A DNA stretch of 64,000 bases from Squalus acanthias (lineage: Eukaryota). The DNA is taken from positions 31,992,001-32,056,000 of the forward strand of contig CM059439.1 of assembly GCA_030390025.1 (NCBI GenBank), read 5' to 3'. The translations under genes were made by a program, and so were the position numbers. Shown in pieces: positions 12,080 through 24,870 of the stretch. Numbering within the stretch: the stretch's first letter is position 1; the number at the start of each line of letters is the position of its first letter. The notes under the pieces were generated by a model. It did no database searches. It saw only the letters and a list, made by a program, of their open reading frames with translations, and was not told the origin of the DNA.

Positions 12080-12760
12080 AGTGAGAAGTAAATACCAAAT
12101 GAGAAAAGCCCATATGCTCCATTAAGCCCACTCTTTCCAATGGGCTGCAAATAACTTGTACAATCATGCACTCTCCCTAAGTTATTCAATCTGTTGAGAG
12201 AGGCAAATAACCACTCAGAACATTTCCATGAAAAGAAACTTCAGTGTAATCTCTTCTTGAGCCCAAAGGCTGTTGAGCAAAAACTCAAGGATATCCATCT
12301 AACATTCTTAAGCTCTGACCTGTTGCTTTAGTCCCAAGAAGTCTGGTCCCATAGTACTCCTTGGAATTTGTATTATCTGAGCCTATACTTATTGCTGCAA
12401 ACTTCAATCCCTTTCATAACCAGATATTTTGTCCTGGTCTTTTTAAAGGATTTAATCAACATAACATTAACTACTTTTGATAGGAATCTGTTCTACATAT
12501 CTACAACTCTATGGGGAAAAAACAATTTCTTCTAATCTCTAGTCTTGCTTGAGGCTTGCCAATTTTGTACTTGTGTGCTCTAGTCCTACAATCAAATTTT
12601 AAGTTAAATAACCTGCTTACATCCACGTTATCCCTACCTCGCGGCATTTTAAAGACCTGAATCACGCCATATCTTTTTCTTCAATGAGAACAAGTCAAAT
12701 TCTGTCAGTCTATCCTCATAACATAGCAGCGAGTGTTAGAATCATGCTTGTCACTCTGCT
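12080..12760 (-). mobile_element. Highly decayed CR1-like 3' fragment
   Basis: Residual similarity to the CR1 3' region (aatgagaacaagtcaaattctgtcagtctatcctcataac; ctctagtcctac). Confidence 0.45.
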
Positions 12761-14295
12761 CCCAATCATTCACATAAAACTATTGTGATGCCAGAGAGCC
12801 AGTAACTCACACATGTCCTCTGGGCACATGGGTTGGATACTTTCCAACAATCTTTAATAAATCATCACTCCCTACCATTAATCCTCTAAATAAATACTTT
12901 CTTTGCTACATATGGACAACAGGAATTGCACAACTCTGTATCTAGTATTTAAAGAGTAAAACACTCACAATCTACTTAAAAAAAAAACTATTAGTAAGAA
13001 CTGCAATTAGCATTGATTGGTTATTTATGCTGACAATTTAGCGAATATTTTTTGTTTTAAATAATGACATCATAAGGGCAACTGGAGGTATTATGGCTGA
13101 CAGTGTGAAAGAGCTGAATTACCGACATTAGTGATTCATTCAGTAGCCCAGGATGCTTCACCAAACATATCAATCCACAGCGTGTGTTAGTTAATTTCTT
13201 GTGCAGTGGTCATACCCAATAGCTGCTCCTTGTCAATCCCCCTCTCCCCAGTGATGTCATCAGCTATCACCAATTAAACAAAAAAATGTATGTATATATT
13301 TTAATCAGGAGAAACAAACAGGGAGAAAAGTATGCTAAGGGTAATCATAATCCTTTGTAAATGTTTAAGTTATAAAAGAAGTCTTGACAGTGATACTTCT
13401 TCTTTAACCACTGATTTAACATTTCCTTCTTCTCTAGTCCTAGGGCTGGTCTGATCTCCAGGATGTACCGAGGCAGTATTTTTGTAATGTAAATTATTCT
13501 TTCTTTCCCTTCCAAAACCTTTTATTTAAAATAGAGGTCAAATGATTAATAGACCACAATAGTTTTAGTCAAGTAGAAGCTCATTCCTGTATTAATCAAA
13601 TAACTGAATAATCGGTGTTCTCCCTATGCAGACAGTGGAATTAAATGTTATGTATTGGTTTCATACTTTTGGCCAGCTGCTAAAGCAAGGCCCATTTATT
13701 TCGCAGCCTCTGAGATCCATGGAGACGACCTCTGAAAAATGTAGGGCCGAACTAATCCCAAACATGTCAATCTCAAGCCCTCTTCTACATACGGCTGCAG
13801 TTCAGCTTAATAAACTATTCTTAAATACTGTGGAGCTGCTCACTTCCAAACACCTCCCTTGCATGCGTAAGTGAAAGTGCAGAACCACTGATACCAAATA
13901 ATACTGTCCTTCTGCAGCTGTAGTGTATTATAGGAGTGTCACAAATAATAGATCTTTTAATGCCAAACAGTTGCGGGTTGCCTGGGTGAATAATCGATTA
14001 TTTGGCGATGACAAAAAGGGATGCATGCCAGTTGTTACAATTTCAGCATTTTATTTTTTTAACAATAAATATTGTTATTTTGAACTGCAATGCAGAAATG
14101 AGACACTATCAATCATCCAACACTGTAAAACACATTCCATTTTTCATGAGGGCCAACAGTTGGAGTTGCCAGTTGTGGTACTCAGCCAGATGAGAATGTG
14201 GCTGATGGGTGATGTAGTGGAGAAATAGCACAAATGTATGCAACTTGTGTCTTTAGCACATGCTTTGTGAATAAAATGTGATATTTACTAAATGT

Positions 14296-14315
14296 GCTGG
14301 GGACATCTAGTGGTA
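14296..14315 (-). promoter_or_regulatory. CTCF-like site
   Basis: Minus strand TACCACTAGATGTCCCCAGC resembles the CCACYAGRKGGC core. This is a motif match only. Confidence 0.35.
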
Positions 14316-15525
14316 AAATATTAATACCGCAACACTTTTAAAGATTTTTAAAAACTTATCAACCTATCATAGTGATATGGGCTGCGAAATCTCATAAATA
14401 TCACCGGAAGCCGATTTGGACCAGCTTAAATTCTTTCCATCATGTCCAATATCAGCTGTTCATCAGGCACAGATAGCTCAAACTGACACGGAGAATCAGG
14501 TGATGAGCACAGAGTGTAGTTTGTTCATAAATGACTGACATACATAAATAGACAGTTTCGCTCCCAACTAGGTCACATGTTTAAGTCCCAGGTGCTGCCT
14601 GTCGCTTAAACTTGCGAGCCTTACTTTGGGTGACCTTCATTTCTCAGCTGTATAGAGTGCTGGACAATAGTAACTTTTTCCATCTGGCAGCTTCTGACTA
14701 CCCCTCCCCATAAATCACACTTCCGACTGGATAATGCGAAGGGCATTAGCTGCGTGTTATGAAAAGATTGGCACCCAAACGAAGGAAAATGCAATGTTGA
14801 ATAATCTACAAGAGGGAAAAAAGATTTTGATTTTATTTAAATACATACTCTGCGATAATAAAAGTTGAATTTAAAGGGAAATCAATGTGACTCTCAACCA
14901 CTTTAAATTAATGAGATATGTTGTAACTTTATTATTACAAACTTTTGGTAGAAGTCTTAGCAGAAGCTTCATTAAAGCCAATTAAAGTCCTTGATAAGAA
15001 ATAATTCTGCCAGTGCTAAATTTATGACAATATTTTGCGATCTTTATTCCAACAGTTTGGTGCTGCGGTGACAGGAAATTTCTTATTTCGCTATACAATA
15101 AATGATTATGAGCTAAGCTGTTACAAAAAGTGTACATGGTTGTTATACTGCTGGAAACCACAGAATGGGAATCGGTATACTTTCCGAATTGAATGATTTT
15201 GAGGTTCATATAGATGCAGCCACCAGAAGTGCAACCTTGAGCTGCTGGAAGTTCACATTTAATAGTAACCATCTAAATTTAAATGATTTAAAGGAAAATC
15301 CAGGAATGCTATCAAAATATCTTATCTTAAATTGTCATTAACTAACCAATAGTGCACCCTCCCAATATAGTGATCCTGAAGCTTAAAGATTTTTTTTTAA
15401 ACAATAACAGTAAAGACTATGGGGAAAAAGTGCTGGAGTACTTAACCTTTCTGTGACATGAATTAGCAGGCCTTCCATTTTGCCTCTCTCAGTTTGTCAG
15501 ATGAGGGGAGCAACAAAAAAATATG

Positions 15526-16310
15526 GGCCCGTAATTTGCAGTCAGTGGCGAAGCAAAGGCGTTCGCCCGCTGGCCCCGAAGAAAGCTTCTCACAAAGATC
15601 TCGGTATCTCTGTGGTGAGAAGTTTGGCTTTTTCGACATGCAGTTGAGATCAGTGTAGTTTAGTGGGAATTCCATAGCGCGAGCTGCTGTGACATCAACA
15701 AGCTGTCTAAGCAGCCAATCACAATGCAGAATTCTCACCGACAGTGAACCAGGAAGTGAGTAAGCTCCTTTGATTCTAACTTTTTTTAAATGTTACAGAG
15801 AGCAAAACAAAGATTGGGGCTCTCACATGGGGAAAAAGTAAACCTGAAATAAGATGATGAACAAACTTTTAAAATAGATAATTTTTTTTAAGTTTCTTAA
15901 AAATTGTAATTTCTTTGTTAAAATGGAGAAATTTGACACTCCACAAAATTAAAATTCGTTTTTCAGAGTCATAATGTTTGTTTAGCAGTCAATACGCTGT
16001 TAAAATCCCAGTTACACCTAATTCAACAAGACCTAACATTTAATGGGGTATTTAACAGCAATATTACCAGGGAAAAGCTGAAGTTTTCATCAGTTTCACT
16101 GAATTCCCTGAATACACAGATTGCCAGATATGTGGGGGAAGGCGGGCCACACCGCAGCCAGTGTCGGGGCAGTGAATGACTGACCATAACTTCAGGATTT
16201 CTGCGTTAGGATGCATATGTGCTAAATCCTGAGGTTGCTGTCAGTTTCAAAGGGGTAATAGCAGTGAATGCTGTTCGTTCGCTGTTATTACCCACTGCAA
16301 ATTCCGGGCC
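15526..16310. mobile_element. Non-autonomous DNA transposon (PIF/Harbinger-like MITE)
   Basis: TIRs GGCCCGTAATTTGCAGT and ACTGCAAATTCCGGGCC match at 16 of 17 positions, around an AT-rich core. Confidence 0.75.
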
Positions 16311-17301
16311 ATTATTTTGTAAAACAGAACTGTGTATATGCATGGGAGCAGTGATGGACGACAACTTCTTATTTAACCCAATTTAGCGATATCTTCAAGA
16401 TTACCAACACTCCTACATTTAGCAGTTTATAATCTACTGCCTTCCTTGCCTTGGAATTGTGAACTCATGCCAGTAAGGACTGTGCCTGTAAGTCCTAACA
16501 TTTCTCTTGCTTTCTCTAGCTGGAGAGAATGATGTGGAAGTGCAGCTATCACAGCATCCATAGTGGTTGTGAAAGCCCTCTATCAAAACTATAGCCAAGT
16601 TTGCACTACATATATGCTAACCTGCAAAACTAGGAAAAGCTGACCCAGCCTCAAAAAAGCGGACTCCAAAATAGACCTGAATATCTGTGACATGTCGTTA
16701 AGGTGAAAGTGCAGGCTTGTCGTGACTTAAGCTGCAGATATACCCACTATTTGAATCACTTGTATAGTGGAAGATTGTGACAAAAAAATGGGGATTTCCC
16801 CTCATTTCTTGTGGGAAAATTAGGGCCAGTTTTCCTCTGCAGGCCCCCACTGGGTGCACAGTAGGTCCAGTGAACCAGACACACACTGTGCCTTTGAGTG
16901 AACTGCCCACAATTTTCCTGACACGGGCCATTTGCACGAGCTGGATATACTCTGGGCCGCTCGCATCCGGACCTTCTGGATGCTGCTGCTGGAGAGACCT
17001 GGAAATTATCATGGGAGGGAATTTAAAAAAAACTCACCAGTCACCACTTACTTCAGCGGTTTGACGTGAAAGGCCTACTGCCAGGTTTCTGCAGGTACTC
17101 TCCGTTTGCTACCCAATGGTCAAGCAAAGAGGAAGCTGAGGCAGGAGGCTGGGAAAGACCCCTCCTGCCTCATCTGCATAATTACGCTGGAGCAACACTG
17201 ATTTTCAACAGCAGACACTGCGCTGCAAATTCAGACTGCGTGTGAAATGTGTACAGTTGGCATGTATGCCACAATCAGCCCGGGTTCCCATTCCTGGTCG
17301 A

Positions 17302-18188
17302 TTGGAAGTGTAGTAAACACTGAGGAAGATAGTAATAGACTTTAAGAGGACATAGACAGGCTGCTGGAATGGGCAGACACATGGCAGATGAAATTCAACA
17401 CAGAAAATTGTGAGGTGATACATTTTGGTAGGAAGAATGAGGAGAGACAATACATGCTAAATGGTTCAATTTTAAAGGGGGTGCAAGAACAGAGAGACCT
17501 GGGGGTGTTTGTGCACAAATCTTTGAAGGTGGCAGGACAGGTTAACAAAGCAGTTAATAAAGCATGAGAGATCCTGGGCTTTATAAATAGAGGCACTGAG
17601 TACAAAAAACCAGGAAGTTATACTAAACCGATATAAAACACTAGTTCGGTCCCATCTGGAGTATTATATCCAATTCCGGGCACCACACTTTAGGAAGGAC
17701 ATGAACGCTTTGGAGAGGGTGCAGAAGAGATTTACTAGAATGGTTCCAGAAATGAGGGATTACAGTTACATGGAGAGACTGGAGAAGCTGGGGTTGTTCT
17801 TCTTATAGCAGAGAAGGCTAAGAGGAGATTTGATAGAGGTGTTTAAAATCATAAAGGGTTTAGATAGAGTAAATAAAGAGAAACTGTTTCCAATGGCTGA
17901 AGGGTCAATAACCAGAGGGCACAGATTTAAGGTGATTGGCAAAAGAACTAGAGGCGACACGAGGAAAACTTCTTTACGCAATGAGTGGTTAGGATTTGGA
18001 AAGCACTGCCTGATAGGGTGGTGGATACAGATTCAATATGAACCTTCAAAAGGGAATTGGATCAATACTCGAAGGAGAAAAATTTACAAGGATATGGGGA
18101 AAGGGTGAGGGAGTGGGACTAACTGAATTGCGCAGACTCGATGGGCAGAATGGCCTCCTTCTGTGCTGTACTATTCTATGATTCTATA
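17302..18188 (+). mobile_element. CR1 LINE 3' portion (ORF2 C-terminus and 3' UTR), apparently inserted into an older SINE
   Basis: Reading-frame pieces WQMKFNTENCEVIHFG, RDLGVFVHKSLK and IEVFKIIKGLDRVNKEKLFP..TRGHRFK, ending in the tail ctattctatgattctat. Confidence 0.93.
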
Positions 18189-18669
18189 TCCAATGGCCCC
18201 TGCTGAAAACTGGAAATGCGGGAGGGAGGACAGGATTGGGCTTAACAGTCCTGTACCCCACAGCTGAATAGGCTGTTACCACTCACTACCATCTAGGCTC
18301 AGATATGACGAATAGCCACTCGCATAAGCTACTGGAGGTTGGCTGGACCCCAAAATCAGTCGGCAATTTGGGGCAGGGGAGTGGAGGGGGGGGGGGGGAT
18401 TTTTTTTTTTTATTTGAAAAAAATGCAATTTTATTCAAAAGTCAAAAGTCATCAGCAGAATCCTCCATTATAGTGTTTACGCCATGTGAAAGGAAAGAGA
18501 ATGCTAAAAGCATTTTGATGGAAGAACTCGTAATGATACAGCACCATGTGACAGTAAAGGACAATGCCTTTTGCAGCGTGTTACTAGAATACTCAATACT
18601 TAGATATATTTCTGCCACGCTGGGCTCTATAGGAAGCACAAAATCAAGGGGCCCCTGCGACTCATTCAC

Positions 18670-18744
18670 CTGTCCTCTCCCTCCTTTACTTCCTTCAGCG
18701 CTGGAAGAATGGGTGGCGTGCAGGTCAGCAGTTGTGCTGAGCGA
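18670..18744 (-). other. Candidate in-frame 75-nt cassette exon of RNF220 (SLSTTADLHATHSSSAEGSKGGRGQ)
   Basis: tttttcctcgcttttatcgttcctcag|TCGCTC...GGACAG|gtgaat gives 25 stop-free codons between two phase-0 junctions. Confidence 0.5.
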
Positions 18745-20019
18745 CTGAGGAACGATAAAAGCGAGGAAAAATTAATCAAAAAAATAATTTGCGCAGCATG
18801 ATTAAAAAACATAACTTTTACACAACCAGCTAGCTCAGCACAAGTGACATTTGCAAGAGGGAAAAGTATCTTCAAAAGGTAAGAGCTTAAAAATAATAAT
18901 TCATGGCTTTTCAACCTTTTACATGATGTTCCCCCACCAGCTAATTTTAGGTTTAATGGCAGCAAGGCAATTAATCTTTGCAAGCCTGGTGGCTCCAACA
19001 CCTCTGACTTCGAGACAGCTCCTTTTTAGAGAGAAGCATTAGACATCTTTCCCTTGCCATTTTCTATCCCACAAATTAATCTTCGTCGTACATCTCCAAA
19101 ATGAATTGAAATTGCTAGCACATTGTAAATATTGTTTCCCTACGCGTGCAGGATCATGTGTCATAAAGTGAATGGAAGTGCATTTCCCTCTGACATTTTG
19201 TTAACTGAATTCCCTTTAAGGCAGCCATTTGAGACTATTAAGTGCTATCCCCTCATTTACAGACGGCTGAAAGAAGAAATCTGTGAGGCTTTCTCTCTCG
19301 CTCTCTTTTTTTCCGTATCTGCTGGGTTGTCAGTGGAATGAATTTTTAAAAAAAACTCAGCTCACTGTAAAGCTGACTCCCCAGTTCTATTTTTTCTTTT
19401 CTTTGTTTGGACAAGTACTTCTTTCCTCAAACCAGTCACTATTTAGCAGCCAAGCTCTCTGGCATTATAAACTGTATTTTAAATATACCATTGATTCCAA
19501 CAATCACGGAACGGATGCAGGGTTAAGGATCGCACTACATCACCACAGCAATGTACTAAACACTAACTTGAGAGGTCTGATTGTTCTAATTAACTTTGTG
19601 GAATCAAAAATTGTTGCGGTGTAAAAAATACTGGAATGATGAGTAAATTTGAATAGGCTTTCTCCTTGTTGGGAGGGGACTGGCTGGCGTAGAGTTAATA
19701 CATTGTTACCGCTGCAACCTGGTTTGAACAAAGTGTGGGAGAAGTTGATGACAGTGAGTGCAGAAATGAAATGTCAGAGTACTGCAGAAGTGTTCTTCAG
19801 AGACTGGGAATTGAGGTACATTGCCAAAGCAGCGGTAGGAGAACTTTGTACTCGACATGACCTGTGCCCTAACTGATGTGAAAAGTAGACGATGATGTCA
19901 CAAGGCGCAAAATGAAAAACAGGAATTCTGTTCATATTTCCCCTCCAGATCTCTACCAAGAAATCCGAAATTCCTGGCATAAAGTCTCGTACTAACACAT
20001 AGCAATGCTAGCCAGCCAC

Positions 20020-20510
20020 CTGTCTGTTCTTGCCGGCAGGAGGCCCGATTCATTCAGAGGCCTGGGCCTCAATTCCCTTTGCCGGTGAGCTGCAGATGAC
20101 AGTTGGAGTCATAGTGGGGGTGGGGGGGGTGGAGTGGAGAGGTGATCCTAGGGGAGGCCTCGGATTTTTCGGTAGGCCCACTCCTGCTTCTCCTGGCCTC
20201 GCCAAAAAAAAAAATAATATTTCTGGGGCCATTTTGTGAGCGGCGTCCAGCAGTCGCACTTGCCCACCTGGTACAAACGGATGGAGCGTTCATGGCGCAC
20301 ACTCCACCCACCTGTACCACAAAATTGCAATTGGGGTCCGATGTATGTCATAGGACCCAATACTGCCCTTGCAAATGCCCCAGGCAAAATGGCGACAGGT
20401 GGGATGGGAGCGGGAGCAGGAGCGGGAGCGGGCCAGTAGGCGTACCACTCTGATTTTAGGGCTGCTACTATCCCATTCCCAACCGGCGAACCAAGTTAAA
20501 ATAGAGGCAA
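20020..20510. mobile_element. GC-rich decayed MITE or DNA-transposon remnant
   Basis: An abrupt GC-rich island with motifs (aaaatggcg, ggcccactcctgctt.tcctggc) shared with other MITE-like islands at ~53.1, 58.0 and 61.4 kb. Confidence 0.45.
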
Positions 20511-21439
20511 AAATTTAAGAAACACAGTATCCAGTCAGTACTGATAGGGAAATGGTTATCCAGATTGATACACATGACAGATATGACTGGAAAGCAAAGG
20601 CATTAACAGACTACGAAGGTCTTTCCTATTTAATATTAAGGAACTCATTTCTGGAGATAGTACCAGACGATTTAAGAATCTGATTACTTGATCACTGTGG
20701 AAAACTATCGAGTAGTGAGGCACACATGCTTATCTTTATATGGCCTCGCAAGCACAGGTAAGCCGCCCCATGGGTGGGAGGCCAACTGCCTTATGTTGTC
20801 CCACGCACCAGCCGCGCGACGAGCCAACTGCTTAACCCATCCCGGGCTAGGCCAGAGGGGGGCAGCCAAGCAGAAATCAGATAGCTGAAGAGAAGGAACT
20901 CAGATGTTTTAAATATGGTGAGGTTGGCCACAAATCAAACACCGCTGGTCTTTTAGAAATAGGGCTACGCAAACCGGGAGACCGCATAAGCTTGTAATGC
21001 ATTAGATGGCTAGCTATGTGCTGATTGTCGATGTAGATAGATTGACTCCTTATGTCACTGAACTTGAGAGGTTTATCCACGACAGACACAAATTCGTAAC
21101 GTAGGCTTAGTGGGCGTCTGCTATCCATATTAAAATTCAAACTGCAAAATTGAAACTATTTGAACACAAAAGATTCCAGGTAAATACATACTTGATCCAA
21201 GCACAGAATTTTGATCTGCCAAAACTCAAACCTTTCAGTTACACTGTAAGGAATTCCTAATCATAACATAACTCAGAGCTAAATTATCCTTCTGCCATAT
21301 AGAGAGTAAAATCATTTGCGTGCAAATAGGTTCTAATTTCTAATTACATGGAGCTGAATGTTGTATAAATATGTCATCTACTATAGACTGCATGCTACCA
21401 TTTGGCCATCACTGCATCTCATCTCCACAACTGCAACTT

Positions 21440-21620
21440 CTCACTTCTTATACTCTTTTTGCAGACTTCCCATAACAGCTGCGAGAGATCACAGAAGAAG
21501 GACCCCCTAACATCAGACCTCATCCCCTATGTGAGGAAGAAGCTCTCCAAATTATCAGAAGGGAGGCCATAAAGAGTAGGGATGGGGAAGTAGAAGGTTC
21601 AAGATTCAGTACCAACTTCT
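21440..21620 (+). mobile_element. Remnant of a Harbinger accessory (Myb/SANT-like) ORF
   Basis: Degenerate coding text resembling ..GPPNIRP..EEEALQIIRREAIKSRDGEVE, typical of the Harbinger second ORF. Recognised by eye only. Confidence 0.4.
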
Positions 21621-21632
21621 GCTGCTCTTCTT

Positions 21633-21785
21633 TTAGAATCATAGAATAATACAGCACAGAAGGAGGCCATTCGTCCCAACTCCCTGTGTCGGCTCTTTGA
21701 AAGAGCTACCAATTAGTCCCACTCCCCTGCCCATTCCGCATAGCCCTGCAAATTTGTCCTTTTCAAGTATATATCCAATTTCCTT
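21633..21785 (-). mobile_element. CR1 3' UTR fragment
   Basis: tagaatcatagaataatacagcacagaaggaggccattcg is near-identical to 5187-5330. Confidence 0.85.
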
Positions 21786-21967
21786 TCTCTTTCACCAACT
21801 GCTAGCAAACATAAACTGAAACCATTTACTGTGCCACTCCTTCTTCTGAAAGCTATATGTGCAAGCTGCTCATCAGGACATCAATGTAACTTGTCTTTCT
21901 GCCCTCTCTCTAGCTATACTGGAAAATGGTGACCCAGGGCCCACTGCATCCAGCCAAGCCAGCATTT

Positions 21968-21990
21968 CACACACACACACACACACACAC
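21968..21990. repeat. (CA)n microsatellite
   Basis: About 11 CA units. Confidence 0.9.
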
Positions 21991-23419
21991 TCTGCCTTCC
22001 AAGCACCAGCTCAGATGCATCCAGCCCAGGGTGTTTAGAGAGTGAACTAGAGGGCAGTGCACTGGGTAAGACACAAAGCACAAACATGTAGGTGCAGCTA
22101 GTTGTGGCACAGGAGAAGGAGGAACCTCCTGTCCAGAGGGCTCCTCCCGCCTCCACGTTAATATGCGAGCTGCCACCGGCCCGCGCTAGCCCCTCTCCTG
22201 TTTGCCTCCCCCTCTTCCCTGGATTTACCTGCAGGTTGCTGCCAGAGAGGGAGCCGGCCCAAATTGGATCCCGGCACAGCGATGCCCTGCCTCTGGAGGT
22301 GCAACAGGGCCCGGCAGTTCGTCAGTATTATTAAAATGACGCCTAAGGCCCAATTTCTGTTGAGCCCTGGTTTGGGCACAAAATAAACATTTTGACCCGA
22401 GAGTCTAATCACTTTAATAAAAATAAAACATAAGGTGATTTTCTCCTTCAGTACACATTGGGAGCACATGTTTGGAAATTGTGCCCACCTGCCCATTAAT
22501 TTCCACCTGTTAAAATTTATGGTGGGAAATCATTTGCTGGAGGGGCACAATTCATCGATAATTAACTCCCGGCATTCGTGGGGAGTGAGAAAACAGAAAA
22601 ATCTCCTCATATGCCTTTGTTCAGAGTTTCCTGTTGTGTATTGAATTGCTGAATAAATGGTTAAGTGGGCTGCGGGATAAAAGTTGACCAATTGCTTCCT
22701 TTTATTCACAATTTGTAGAAACCCTCATTCAAGTGTAACATTTCTGAGAAAACTAGTTCTTGGATTCAGCTGCACATCTTAGAGCAGTGAAACCTGCGGT
22801 AGATTTTAGCATTACCTTTTAATCTCTGGGACCTGAAAAATCCAAGGCAGATAGCTGGAATGAAAATATTCTTTAAACATATCTGCAACACATAACTCTC
22901 CATAAATATGGACTAATCTCAGCAGGGGAGGCCAAGTAGGAATAGACGGTGTGAAAATAACAATTTAATAACGAAGAGCTTTTGGGACTAAGGGCAGACC
23001 ATGGGCATCATGTGGACTGAGCTCAGTGGGGTTCATTTGTGATTCATTTGAAAACTGTATTTTGTTCATCATTATTTTAATATTTTATCTTGCCGAATGT
23101 TTTATGGGTGAGAGTAACGTTGGGGTAGATTCTCCTCCCCAGTAGCGTTCGAGTGGTCAGCACGCGGAGCGTAACCGTAGGGCACCCAGTACGCCTGGCG
23201 GAAGACCCGGTCCATTTTGAGGGTTGGGCATCATTAGTATAGGGATGGCGGGCTGCAGATGAAAACCAGGCACCCAGGGGCAACACCACCCCCCCCCACC
23301 GCACCCCCCCACCTGGCTCACCAGAATATCGGATGTGTGAATTATTAGTCAATTATGTGCTTATCAAAGTGAAAGTTATCAATGCTGGGGAACGATAATT
23401 TTTTGGTGTCAGTATTGAT

Positions 23420-23832
23420 GAATCTCAGTGCTGCCACTGTGTAGGCTAACTGCATGGCAAAGCTCCCCTTGCTTTTTCCCAACAATGTGCTTGAAACCAA
23501 CCTTTGAATAGTGTCCATTCTGCACTAGTGTGAGTTTTCCTTTTACACATCACCTATCATTATGAGTGAAGTTTCGTGCCAATCTGAACAGGGTTGTGGG
23601 CAGTTTTGCGCTCTGGACTTATGCTTCTAGTGGATAGCACTTCCAGAGAGCTGGCACAAGCACAAAAGGACTCCTTCTATAAAATTCTATCATTCTATGA
23701 TGCTGCCCAAACTCATTTCATGTGAGGCCCTTATACCCAGCCAGAGAGAGGAGACTTTAAAATCCTATCAGTTTAGACTGGATTCAATCGAGATGCCAGA
23801 GGTGAATGGGCAATATTCTAACCCACTGCCCT
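23420..23832 (-). mobile_element. LF-SINE-like ancient SINE, interrupted by a short CR1 tail (~23645-23700)
   Basis: Minus strand carries ggcctcacatgaaatgagtt and ttcacctctgg..gaatccagtc, recalled as LF-SINE-like blocks. Related pieces lie at ~22800-22960 (+) and 54680-54975 (-). Confidence 0.5.
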
Positions 23833-24494
23833 ACTTAATTTCCATTTTTATTTTTGGCCCAAAAACTCTTTTCTTTGGTAATTTGGTCATGGAGGCTCAG
23901 TACTTTCTTCTTGCATTGAAAGCAATCATGACTAACAAATACCTTCATGCACATGCTACCTAAAAATGAAGACCTGCGGGCAGGATTATCTGCCTGTCTG
24001 TGGCTGTGAAAGTGGCACCCACACTCAACCTTTACACCACATGTTCATTTCAAGCAGCCATGGGGGGATCTGTGCAATATTGCCCAGGGGATCAACTGCC
24101 GAGCATTTGTCTGGTCACCGGCACACTTCTTAGAAAAGCAAGGGAATTCATCTGGTTTGGCACATCAGCAGGGCAGCAGCATGATAGTGCCATCCAGTTT
24201 TATTGCATTGCTGTGTTTCCCAAAGTCCAGGGTCTAATAGGTGGGTAACCATGTACCATTGCAAGCTCCTACTGATAACCGTACAACTTTTTTAATAGAA
24301 AGGGGTACCACTCGCTGAATGTCCATGTTGTGTGTGACCAGATGCAAAGAATCCTTCATGTGAATGCTGGATTCACATGAATCCACACATGTATAAAGAA
24401 AATCTCTAGTGCGGGCACTACGGAGTCGCAAAATATTAATCATCTGTTAAAGAATATATCAGTAAGGTTTGATAACCTTGTAATTTTGGCTCCT

Positions 24495-24870
24495 CCAATA
24501 GGTCAGTGAATTTATCCTAGTGAGTCATATAGACAAGGAAGATCCCAGGTTCAACCACTGCTATAATGAGTTGGCTGATCTTGGACATGGTGGCGGGAGG
24601 AGTGCTACAATTGACCCTGAACACACTTGGATTAATGGTCAGGATTCCTGTTCCTGATCATTTTCCAGCCACCCATGCTTGAAGCATCCTAATATGGGCA
24701 TCAGGTGAGGCTAGGATCGGGCTCAGATATGATGTCCACTGCAGTCAACTTGCCTTCTGGCACTCAGCATCGAAGCTCATGTGAACAATGGTCATTTGGG
24801 TGAGGCATCAGAGGATACCCACTGCCTGTGGAATCTGCCCCAACAAGGAGCCAGCATCTTCAGAGGAGTA
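24495..24870 (+). mobile_element. Old tRNA-derived SINE-like repeat
   Basis: B-box-like ggttcaacc, with a body similar to 8130-8510. Confidence 0.5.

Noticed and set aside
14600-14650. Minus-strand CCCAAA|GTAAGG as the exon 4 donor
   Set aside because: The translation does not match, and the true 46-nt exon is at 25861-25906.
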